From a virus (Duplodnaviria > Caudoviricetes), in IMG/VR virus record IMGVR_UViG_3300037755_000581, positions 2,984 through 66,983 of that record: a stretch of DNA of 64,000 bases. One strand, written 5' to 3'. The notes beneath the pieces are model-generated. The model ran no database searches, was not told the origin of the DNA, and saw only the letters and a program-made list of their open reading frames with translations. A program made the position numbers and the translations under genes. Below are positions 27,994 through 36,401 of this stretch, piece by piece (the stretch's first letter is position 1; the number at the start of each line of letters is the position of its first letter).

Positions 27994-28986
27994 TCAATGA
28001 GGCGGCGTTAGTTTCAACTGGGTGAGCCGCTGGGCCTTCTCTAAGGCCTGGCGCTTGAGTACGGCTGACTGACCGAACCACGCGCTGTTCACGCGGCTGC
28101 CGGCGTCGTGGGCGCGGCGAATGTGGTCGGTGAAGTAGGTGACCGCGTTCAGCAGCCCCCAAATCGTACCGTCTGCGCTGGGTAGCTTCGCGCCTGGCGC
28201 GTTCTCGCGACCCTGCATGAGCTTACGCAGCATGTAGTTGTTGTCGATCGCGAACTGCGGATCTTCCTCTTCCTCACCAATCAGCTCCATGAAGTAGAGG
28301 ACGGCCTCGAGTTCGCTGACGTGCACCTGCGACATTTCCTTGATGGCCGTCGTGAACCCGGTCCAACTCGCATCGAGCAAACCGAGATCGGTGCGAACGG
28401 TCGCGGGGTCGAAGTCCTGACTGTGTAGGACGCGCACGACGTGCTGGTTGCCTCCGTCTTCGAGCGACCATGTCAGTGTGTTGTTGCAGACGACGCGGAT
28501 CGACGTGAGCTGCGCCGTAGTGGCGAACTTGCCGTCGTACGATGTCGCGAGCAGGAGGTAGCCGTCGACCTTGTCGCCGCCGTCCAGAACGAAGTCTCGG
28601 CCGAGACGAGCAAGGCCCCAGACGCGGCGGCCATTTGCGAGGGCACCGGCGGTCTCGAGCTCGAAGCCCTGTCGCTCGGTGAGGTCGCGGAAGAACTCGA
28701 TGATCTGTCGCGGCTGGACGACTTTGTACTTTTGACTCACCATTGACAGCGTTGTATTGGTGTCGCTGCGCACGAGTGCCTTGGCTTGTGGGATATGGAC
28801 CTGCTCGCCGTCGGTGTCGAGGAAGTATGCTGGGCGTCCCATCACTTCGTAGTCGAGGCCGGCGGCTTCGATCCACTCGTCGATCGTCATGCCGGGTTGC
28901 ATGATCTCGCCGTAGCCGTGCCACGGCACTTCGCCGCGAAAAGCGATCGCGGCTTTGCCCTTCGAGAAATCCAATTCATGACTCAC
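27994..28986 (-). CDS. DUF932/DUF945-family phage-plasmid protein
   Basis: PWHGYG, YKVVQP, ETAGALANGRRVW, YLLLATSYDG, RVVCNNTL, TIWGLLNAVT. Confidence 0.85.
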   Translation of the reverse strand: MSHELDFSKGKAAIAFRGEVPWHGYGEIMQPGMTIDEWIEAAGLDYEVMGRPAYFLDTDGEQVHIPQAKALVRSDTNTTLSMVSQKYKVVQPRQIIEFFRDLTERQGFELETAGALANGRRVWGLARLGRDFVLDGGDKVDGYLLLATSYDGKFATTAQLTSIRVVCNNTLTWSLEDGGNQHVVRVLHSQDFDPATVRTDLGLLDASWTGFTTAIKEMSQVHVSELEAVLYFMELIGEEEEDPQFAIDNNYMLRKLMQGRENAPGAKLPSADGTIWGLLNAVTYFTDHIRRAHDAGSRVNSAWFGQSAVLKRQALEKAQRLTQLKLTPPH

Positions 28987-29443
28987 AGTTTTTCTCCAGA
29001 GTTTAGTCGTTCACAAAGTATGTCGATTTCGCTGTTGTTCAGCGGCTCGAACTTGCCGCCGTTGGTAGCAATGTCAGCAAGATACGGGTCACCGTCGTCT
29101 CCGATGGCCGAGCCGTCTTGCCAGAGCCGAAGTGCAGCAAGGATCGTCGCGAGTTGGCGCTTTGTGATGTGGGGCACAATCACTCGGGTTACTCCTTGCG
29201 GATCTGTTCGAGCATGTGTTCTTTCTCCTGCTCGAGCACTTTGAGATCGATTTCGAAAAATTCCGCGAGGAGCTTTTCCGTGCTAGTGCGGACCGGGATC
29301 AACCGGTCATTACTGAAGACGTACTCCCCGAGAAGGATCTCCTTTTCGGATAGAAACTCTAGGAACTCGCCGCACGCTTGGCTGAGCGGTTGGATTGCTT
29401 TGAGTCTTTCGTGCTGCGGGTATTTAGAGCTGCTTGTATCCAA
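28983..29443 (-). other. Two small hypothetical genes (28983-29183, 29189-29443)
   Basis: GGAG ribosome-binding sites and coupled spacing. Confidence 0.45.
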
Positions 29444-30210
29444 GATGAGATCTCCTGTAAAACAAATCCGTTGGTTTCTTTCTTCGCGAGGCCCTTTGCC
29501 TTCAGCACGCCGAAAGAGTTGGGCGGGTTCACGAACCGCAAATCGTGCTCGTCCATATCGACGGCGCCGAGCTCGAGGTAGCGATCCTTCAATGCTTGGT
29601 CCTTGACGACGGCTACTAGCGGGGCACCGTTCTCGAACGCGCGTTGGCACTGCTTTGTGTAGAACGGAGACGCTTCGCTGTAGGACACCGTCAAGTGGTA
29701 GTTCCCGGGCATCTCAGGCCACGACAACCGCGCGGGCAATTTTGTGTAATCGTAGAACTGGATGTCCGGGAACAAATCGAATATGGCCTTGCCCGATTCT
29801 GTGTCGCGTTCCCGTTCCCAGAGGATGTCACTGGTGCCGTTCAATCGAACGACGGGAATGAGTCCGACGCGCTTCGCACGCCGGCGCAGCAAGAAAATTT
29901 CGTTGGTCAACATGTCCCAGAATGTGACCTTGTCTTCGATCCACAACTTCGTACGCCGGATGCGTGCGTGGTGGATCGCGTTGTCCGGTAGCTCGATGCC
30001 GCCGGGACTTATGAAAGTGCCGTTCACTGGCATGCTGGCGCGGCCCGCGGTGTTCAGGCATGTCTTCCAACAACCTGCGAGCTCCGCGGTGGGGCACACG
30101 TTATAGCCGGAGATCTTGTACGGCGCGAGATACATCACGCCCGTCAGATATCCGTGCTTCTGACCCTTCACAGTTTTCGCGTTCGAGTCGATGTTCAGTA
30201 GCTTCGTCAT
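29359..30210 (-). CDS. GP88-like protein with a Cx7Cx3C cluster
   Basis: CPTAELAGCWKTC, RLNGTSD, QFYDYTK, NYHLTVSYSE, HDLRF. Confidence 0.7.
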   Translation of the reverse strand: MTKLLNIDSNAKTVKGQKHGYLTGVMYLAPYKISGYNVCPTAELAGCWKTCLNTAGRASMPVNGTFISPGGIELPDNAIHHARIRRTKLWIEDKVTFWDMLTNEIFLLRRRAKRVGLIPVVRLNGTSDILWERERDTESGKAIFDLFPDIQFYDYTKLPARLSWPEMPGNYHLTVSYSEASPFYTKQCQRAFENGAPLVAVVKDQALKDRYLELGAVDMDEHDLRFVNPPNSFGVLKAKGLAKKETNGFVLQEISSWIQAALNTRSTKDSKQSNRSAKRAASS

Positions 30211-30281
30211 TTTTATTGTTCTTCAAAAAGACGAGGCCTGGCGCTTCTTGGCTGACCAGGCCTCAAGGTGGCGGGCTCTTC

Positions 30282-30503
30282 TTATAGTTGTGGTAGGCCC
30301 TGCTTCTTATTATCCAAGAGTTCTTTGGTCAGCTCTGCGGCGCCTCGCGATGGGTAATCGCCAATGCAGACGTAAAAGTCATTCGCTTCTCCATCCACCC
30401 TGCCAAAGAGACTGAAGTAATCGGCGTCCTCGTCGCGTGCGGCGAGCGCTGCCGTCTCTCCAAAATCTTTGACCGGGTAGATCTCAAATTCAGTGATCGT
30501 CAC
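30282..30503 (-). CDS. Hypothetical protein
   Basis: 73 aa, coupled to the nuclease gene. Confidence 0.5.
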   Translation of the reverse strand: MTITEFEIYPVKDFGETAALAARDEDADYFSLFGRVDGEANDFYVCIGDYPSRGAAELTKELLDNKKQGLPQL

Positions 30504-30913
30504 GGTAATATTGGTCCTTCAACCGGTCCGAGTAGCTCAATGAGCTCCGCGGCCAAGTCTTTTTTGTTCTTCATCCGTGAGCGGAATTCTTCCCGCGTGA
30601 TGGGCTTCATCCATTCAAGCCCGGGTAGAAACAGGTGCCCTTCCGGGCTGAACACGATCATTCCGACGTTCCGCCCTTCGGCATGACGGCCGGCGAGCCA
30701 CATTTGCTGCAGGCTGCTGGTGATGTCCGTGTTCATCAGATCGACAAGTGGCGGCAACGTGTCGAATTTCTTGTGTTCGTTCCACAGATCGGATCTACTA
30801 CCACTGTAGTAGCAATCCGGTATGCCTTTGGCATAGGCAACATTCAGCTTGAGGGCATACACCGAGCGGTGTAGCTCTTTACGTAAGTCAGCTGTGTACT
30901 TACTCTCTCTCAA
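30500..30913 (-). CDS. VRR-NUC / PD-(D/E)xK resolvase-like nuclease
   Basis: GIPDC...WNEHK...LQQMWL. Confidence 0.7.
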   Translation of the reverse strand: MRESKYTADLRKELHRSVYALKLNVAYAKGIPDCYYSGSRSDLWNEHKKFDTLPPLVDLMNTDITSSLQQMWLAGRHAEGRNVGMIVFSPEGHLFLPGLEWMKPITREEFRSRMKNKKDLAAELIELLGPVEGPILP

Positions 30914-30919
30914 GCTAAA

Positions 30920-30993
30920 TGGTAGCGGCGAGCGGGACTCGAACCCGCAGTTTTCCCGTTGTCTGGTTGCGTCTACGTTCCGCCATCGCCGCC
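30920..30993 (-). ncRNA. tRNA-like RNA with an 8-bp acceptor stem and no anticodon arm
   Basis: GGCGGCGA-TG-GCGGAACGTAGACGC-20 nt-GCGGG TTCGAGT CCCGC-TCGCCGCT-A-CCA. Confidence 0.7.
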
Positions 30994-31000
30994 GTGATCG

Positions 31001-31723
31001 TTACGCCGCCTTCGCCGCGTTGCGGAACTCGATCGGCCGGTCGACGACCTCTTGGTGGCGTTGCCGCAGAGCCCACACCTGGTTCACTTGGGCATGCTTG
31101 TCGAGCATCTTGAACACGAGCGACGGGTACGTCTCGTTCGGGTCGAACGACACGTGCGTCACGACTTGCATCAGGTCCAGCTGGTGATAGCTCGCGAGGT
31201 CCGTCACGTAGGCGTTGAAGCCCTTGAGGCCCGTCGGGCTGATGTACAGCGTCATCGGCTGTACTTCCTTGCCTTCGAGGATGTCTGCCGCAGCGAACAC
31301 CATGAGGCGGATCTGGTTCTTGCAGGCTTTGCCGCGGCCGGTGGCCGCCGACTTCCACTGGTTCTTCGGGCACACCTTGCAGTTCTCGCCGTGGGGCTTG
31401 GCGATGTTGGCGTGGGCCACCAGCTGGCCCGAGTCGGGGTTGAACGAGCCCACCGCGAAGCAGTCCGGATCCTGCGGGTTGTTCGCGTTGTAGACACCGG
31501 GGTAGTGCGCTAGCACGTGCCGCCAGTCGCCGATGATGACCTGTAGCTCGGTGCCGGTCTTGCCGTCGGGCAGCGTGAACACCTTGCCTTTGGTCGCGAT
31601 CTTGTTCGACGGTGGGGCGCCAACGCGATTCTGGAGACCGGCGAGCTGCCTCTTCAGCTGCTCTTCGATGTTGACGATCTGGGTACCGGGATTCGGGCCG
31701 GCTTCTTCGTTTTTCTTGGCCAT
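31001..31723 (-). CDS. Probable ssDNA-binding protein
   Basis: 240 aa; NPQDPDCFAV, CKVCPKNQWKS...GKACKN, LYISPTGLK; located in the replication module. Confidence 0.6.
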   Translation of the reverse strand: MAKKNEEAGPNPGTQIVNIEEQLKRQLAGLQNRVGAPPSNKIATKGKVFTLPDGKTGTELQVIIGDWRHVLAHYPGVYNANNPQDPDCFAVGSFNPDSGQLVAHANIAKPHGENCKVCPKNQWKSAATGRGKACKNQIRLMVFAAADILEGKEVQPMTLYISPTGLKGFNAYVTDLASYHQLDLMQVVTHVSFDPNETYPSLVFKMLDKHAQVNQVWALRQRHQEVVDRPIEFRNAAKAA

Positions 31724-31731
31724 GATTTTCC

Positions 31732-32133
31732 TTAGTTGCTTTGGAGATATCTCACGGCGTTCAGCACGCCGGCTAGGTCGTCACCTAGACTTCCTATGCC
31801 TAGATTGCATCTATGGCATAACCACCCACGAAACCGGCCGGTTTCGTGGTCGTGATCCGCGTGCCAGCCTTGTTGCCCCGGCGGGCCCTTGCAGCATTCG
31901 CACTTAATCGGTTCCGGGCGTGTCGGGGGACTAGCGCCGGCGGCTTTTCGTTGCCAGGCTCGTTGTACCGCTCTACGCTTCTCGGGATTGTCTTTCATCC
32001 AAGTCTTTTTGCACTGAATGCAAGCAGAATCGCCGGTATAGCGTTCGGAAATATGCCCGTGCGGGCAAGGTTTTCCGGTGGCGTACCGTTTGGTACCCAA
32101 CACTAGGGCTTCTTTTCGCGTCCTTGCGAACAT
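31732..32133 (-). CDS. Endonuclease VII-family HNH endonuclease
   Basis: RYATGKPCPHGH...CECC...DHDHETGRFRGWLCHRCN. Confidence 0.8.
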   Translation of the reverse strand: MFARTRKEALVLGTKRYATGKPCPHGHISERYTGDSACIQCKKTWMKDNPEKRRAVQRAWQRKAAGASPPTRPEPIKCECCKGPPGQQGWHADHDHETGRFRGWLCHRCNLGIGSLGDDLAGVLNAVRYLQSN

Positions 32134-32152
32134 AAAACTCGTCGTGGGCGGA

Positions 32153-32599
32153 CTATCTGCGCCTTAAGCTGATCTTTCGTTGAACGTACGGGATAATTCC
32201 TGGGACATCGATGCCACTGTCCTGCAGTTCGCGGTAGGCCGAAGACGAGACACGCCACTGCAACATGTGCGGCGCGTCGTTGTCTTTCATGTATTGCCAG
32301 AGGTCTTCCATGCTCTCGAGCTGGGGGAGCGTCTCTTCGGTGATCGTCGCCGTGGCGAGATCGCTGCCGATGCGCTTCATACCCTGCTCGTCGCCGATCT
32401 GGATCAGTCGCGCTTCAAATGCGCGCCAGGCCTCCACGAGTTCCTTGTCGCGCTTGCTGAGGCGGCCGCGTTCGTCGCGGATCTCGATCAGCTCTGCGAT
32501 GATCTGGCCGGGAGTCAGTGCCAGCTGCTCTTCTGACAGCTTCAGGGCCTCAACGGCTTCTTGGGAGCCAATCAGGTCTTCTTTGAGTACTGCGCTCAT
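32153..32599 (-). CDS. Conserved replication-module coiled-coil protein
   Basis: 148 aa; LQWRVSSSAYREL...PG pattern, located between helicase and SSB. Confidence 0.5.
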   Translation of the reverse strand: MSAVLKEDLIGSQEAVEALKLSEEQLALTPGQIIAELIEIRDERGRLSKRDKELVEAWRAFEARLIQIGDEQGMKRIGSDLATATITEETLPQLESMEDLWQYMKDNDAPHMLQWRVSSSAYRELQDSGIDVPGIIPYVQRKISLRRR

Positions 32600-33990
32600 G
32601 CTGCGATTCTCACTTCTCTGTTGTTTTGTACGAGATCGAGCAGGATCTGCATCGAGTTCAACTTGCCGTCGAGCTTCGAATACACGGTCTCGTCGATCGT
32701 CCCTCGCGCCACCACGTGGAGCGTTTCTGTCTCACTCGTTTGGGTAGCACGGACAATCCGGTGAAAGACCTGCTTGTAGTGCTCGGCGTTGTATGTCGGG
32801 GATACGAAGATCGTCGTCTTGGCGCGTGTCAGCGTCAGGCCGTGCCCGGCGCTTTGCGGGTGAACGATCAGTCCTCGAAGCTTCCCAGCCTGAAGGTCCG
32901 CCACGTGCTGTGACCGCTGACGATCGCTATGGACCGAGCCGTCGATGAAGGCCATAGGGAAACCGCGCTTCTGGGCCGCCTCCATGAGCGTCTCGCGCTG
33001 GTGGCGCCACTGGAACACGATGATGCAGGGATCTCTCCGAGCATCGACCAGATCCATGACGAGTTCGGCTCGGCCATCGTCGAGGGCTGCGTATTCATGC
33101 TCGTCTCCTGTGTAAACGGCACCGGAGGCCATCTGCAGCAGCTTCTGATTCAGGCTCGCCGCGTGGACCGCGGTGATGATCTTGCCTTCCTCCGTCATTG
33201 TGAAGGCGTGATCGAGCATCTCCTGGTACTGCGCGCGGACCTTGGGTGGCAGATCGAACACGATTGCGTGTGTGTGGTTCCCGGGAACGCCCGAGAGTTT
33301 GTGACGGATCGTGATGTCCCGTAGCTGATCGAAGACCGCTTCTTCGGCGCCCGGTCTGTCTGTCCACTTGACCATCTGGGGTTGCGGGCCGATCTGAACG
33401 GGCTCCTGGACAACCTGACGGAACTTCCAGAACGATGTTCCGAGCCGCTCGCCCTCGTCGAGGAGCAGCGTTTGGTGCCAGAGCTCTGTCACGGAGTTGG
33501 GGTTCGGCGTTCCAGTGAGTACTTCACGGAACTCGAAGATCTTTGATGCGTGACGAGCGGATTTCGATCGTTGTGAGTTGTGGTGTTTGAATGCGGTGGA
33601 CTCGTCGATGATAAGTGAGTCGAACTTGTCCCAGAATTTTGCCGGCAAGATTGCCTTCTTACCGAACAGGGATTTCACCGCGTCGTGGTTAGTGATGTAG
33701 ACGTCGGCATCGAGCTTGAACGCAGCTTCTCGATTAGACGCATAAGCAACGCTGTAACGTAGTCCTGGAAAGAACGAATCAATATCGTTACCCCAGGCTG
33801 GTTGGAGAATGCTTTTTGGAGCCAGGACCAAAAGCTTTTTTCCGTTGCAGTGATTGAGGCGTTCAACATATGCCTCCAAGTGAGCTCGTGTTTTTCCAGT
33901 TCCGGGGTCGGACATGTCGAATACACGAGGTCGCTCCTTCATGAAAGTAACGGTCTCCGCTTGCTGCGGAAACAGCGGGGGGATTTCCAT
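32596..33990 (-). CDS. SNF2/DEAD-like superfamily 2 helicase
   Basis: DPGTGKT, IIDEST, LTGTPNPN, SAGHGLTL. Confidence 0.9.
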   Translation of the reverse strand: MEIPPLFPQQAETVTFMKERPRVFDMSDPGTGKTRAHLEAYVERLNHCNGKKLLVLAPKSILQPAWGNDIDSFFPGLRYSVAYASNREAAFKLDADVYITNHDAVKSLFGKKAILPAKFWDKFDSLIIDESTAFKHHNSQRSKSARHASKIFEFREVLTGTPNPNSVTELWHQTLLLDEGERLGTSFWKFRQVVQEPVQIGPQPQMVKWTDRPGAEEAVFDQLRDITIRHKLSGVPGNHTHAIVFDLPPKVRAQYQEMLDHAFTMTEEGKIITAVHAASLNQKLLQMASGAVYTGDEHEYAALDDGRAELVMDLVDARRDPCIIVFQWRHQRETLMEAAQKRGFPMAFIDGSVHSDRQRSQHVADLQAGKLRGLIVHPQSAGHGLTLTRAKTTIFVSPTYNAEHYKQVFHRIVRATQTSETETLHVVARGTIDETVYSKLDGKLNSMQILLDLVQNNREVRIAA

Positions 33991-34008
33991 GCGGTTTTGT
34001 TCTTCTTG

Positions 34009-34338
34009 TTATTTACAGGTGCAGTAGTACTGTCGTCCGAAGATCTCGCACACTAGGAGGAGGTTTTCGGTACAGCGGTAATCTTCGTAGCGGCCGTCGC
34101 CTTTGCGGCCTTTTGCTTCGATGCCGGGCTCGAGCCAGATCGTTCGGGAGTAGCTAGTCGGTCGGATCGAAGAGTCTTGGATCTGCCGAATCGACTCGCA
34201 GCCTGATGCCAGTAAACACGCGCCCAGTGCAACTGATAGTAATGCTATCTCCGGGCGGGTCGAGCATTTGTCCAGCAAAGTGAGCCAGGCCCACAGTGAT
34301 TTCGTGGCCCTGCTCTCGAGCGATTTTGATCGTGTCAT
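34009..34338 (-). CDS. Possible Cys-rich lipoprotein (start uncertain)
   Basis: ALLSVALGACLLASGC lipobox-like segment; overlaps 34154-34411 in another frame. Confidence 0.35.
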   Translation of the reverse strand: MTRSKSLESRATKSLWAWLTLLDKCSTRPEIALLSVALGACLLASGCESIRQIQDSSIRPTSYSRTIWLEPGIEAKGRKGDGRYEDYRCTENLLLVCEIFGRQYYCTCK

Positions 34339-34411
34339 TCAGCTCTTCCGTGAGCTCTTCGATCCGCTCCACGAGCCAGCGTAGAGGGACGGGAGATTTG
34401 GTATTAGGCAT
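34154..34411 (-). CDS. Hypothetical protein
   Basis: Likely start MPNTKS at 34411; the longer ORF in the track runs through the tRNA-like element. Confidence 0.5.
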   Translation of the reverse strand: MPNTKSPVPLRWLVERIEELTEELNDTIKIAREQGHEITVGLAHFAGQMLDPPGDSITISCTGRVFTGIRLRVDSADPRLFDPTD

Positions 34412-34455
34412 AATTGTAGGCTCCGTCAAATCCTTGTCACGGGTTTTGGTACAAG

Positions 34456-34536
34456 TGGTGGAGGGGTACGGATTCGAACCGTGATTCGCAGTGCCACCGA
34501 GCGTCCTCGGGCCCACAGCACCATGCCAGCCCACCC
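34456..34536 (-). ncRNA. tRNA-like RNA with G3.U70, A73 and CCA
   Basis: GGGTGGG...CACGG TTCGAAT CCGTA CCCCTCC A CCA; non-canonical D and anticodon regions. Confidence 0.6.
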
Positions 34537-34542
34537 ATAAGC

Positions 34543-34643
34543 CACTTAGTCACTGCGCGTCCGAGTTAACCGCTCGGTTGGCCTTTCTGCGCTGTGATCT
34601 TCTCGCCTAAAGCGAGGCAGCGCAGTCGCGCAGTGACTAAGTG
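34543..34643. repeat. 101-bp element with 17-bp perfect inverted ends and internal hairpins
   Basis: CACTTAGTCACTGCGCG (34543-59) pairs with 34627-43; inner stems CCGAG/CTCGG, CTGCGCTG/CAGCGCAG, CTCGC/GCGAG. Confidence 0.85.
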
Positions 34644-34645
34644 AC

Positions 34646-36373
34646 TCAGAGCTTGATGTTGAACACATACTCTTCGGTAGCGTCCCAGTCGATCTCGTAG
34701 TACGCGTCCTCGCCAGGATCGATGTCGTGGGCTTTTCGAATTGCTTCTTCCTCAGTCTCCGCTTCCACGATCACATCGCGATATGCCGGAATGCTGAAGA
34801 ACACTTTGTACTTTGCCATGGCGTACTCAGAATTCCTTCCCGCGTTGTCCCCGGAACCGCTCCACGAGCGTTTCTCGCAGGATTCGAACTTCTTCGAGCT
34901 CGTCGGCTTCGACTTCTTCACTGAGGTTCTCGTATCCGACGATCAGATCATCTAAGTAATAGATGACGTCGGCGGCTTCGCTGTCTGAGAGGATTAGCAT
35001 TCGATGACTCCGCGGCCTTCTTCGAGCAGCTTGGCCATTTTGTTCCAGCAGTGTTGGTCGAGGGGGTCCAACTCATGCCAACTGCTTACGCCGATGTCGA
35101 AGTAGTCGTTCGCGTCGACGTAAACCTGATAGAGCTCTTCACCGTTCATTTCGTGACTCCGTGATTAAGTGACTCAATCTTCTGATTCGTCGTCCTTGTT
35201 CGAGGCGTCTTCGTCGCATATGATCACGTCGCGTCCTTCGCGCTCGGCCGTTATGGCGGAGTCGTTCACGTGTAGGATGCCCTCGAGGTAGGCTTGAGCC
35301 TCGACTTCGGTCTTGAATGAACGGCGGTAAACTTTCATGTCTCGGTCTCGTACTCGTTCATGAATAACATCGGGACTCCGTTAGTTCGCGAGCTTGGCGA
35401 ATCAGGCCAGAAAGCGTGTCAACGGCGTCGTCACCACTCATTCCGTCGTCGTTGGTGCGCTCGTCGTATTCCTCGGCTGTTTCCATGCGTGCGATTTGAT
35501 CGATGAATTTTCTGAGCGCCGGGGCAGCGGCGATCAAATTCGCGTTCGCCGTTGCCTGATCGACGCTATCTGCGGCTTCGGTCTCTATGCCGGCTTCGAA
35601 TACCCGGGCGATGCCAAGAGCGCCGCGTTCCGCTGTTGATTTCGTGTGGATGGTGAGATTAGTTCGGTCCCAAGGTCCGGGCGTGTGCTTGGTCATTTAG
35701 TAGTACTCCATCGCGTGACATGTGGTCCAATCGGACCCCGTAGCCAGCAGCTCGAGGCGCGTTACACAGTCGACAGTTCGAAGCTCGTGTGTGCGGGTGT
35801 TTCGCATGAGCCATGACTTGACGCTCGAATAGCGAGTGATTCCGGATGATGTCCACAGCATTCGGTGACTCCGTTACTCTGCCGTTTCGTAATCGCCGCA
35901 ACAGTGCGGGTCGATATCATAAAAAGCATCGATGTCATCCTCGCCAGGCTCCTTAGCCCATTGCGGCGTAAGTCGCTCGAGACGCGCGAGGAAGTCTATC
36001 GGCACACCAGTAAGCATTTCGACTTCGTGGAACTCGTCCCAACAGGAATCGTATTCGTCCCCGAGCACCAAGAACTTGTCGGTCCGCGTGTCGAAGTACG
36101 CGAATCGGTAACCCGTGCCTTGGCCACGGAGGTCAATGAAGCGGATCATAGGCGCTCGCAGCGGCTCTCGATGATATCGATGCCGAGCAAAAAGCCGGGG
36201 TCCAGGAGCATTTGTAGGCATACCGCGCTGTCGAGGTATCCGTTCGGGCGAAAGTGTTCGAATGCCTCTTCTCCGCTCATGCCCTCTTCGAGAGCACGGT
36301 TAAAGGCGGCGCTGTATAGCGCTTCTTGGTCGACGACTTCGGCGTCCAACGTGAAAGCGTAGTAGCGATTCAT
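34646..36373 (-). other. Cluster of small acidic early genes (34646-34819; starts at 35000, 35149 and 35861; 35358-35696 MTKHTPGPW family; 35874-36149; 36146-36373)
   Basis: Several are preceded by the GGAGTCAC start motif; MTKHTPGPW N-terminus is a common phage family. Confidence 0.55.
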
Positions 36374-36401
36374 TCGGTGACTCCGTTGCGTAGTGACTTA
36401 G

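Noticed and set aside
30915-31373. ORFs crossing the tRNA-like element
   Set aside because: Alternative frames of the SSB gene with R/P/G-rich, non-protein-like composition.
34456-34643. tmRNA
   Set aside because: Only 81 nt lie between the acceptor strands, with no tag reading frame, and the order is not that of a permuted two-piece gene.
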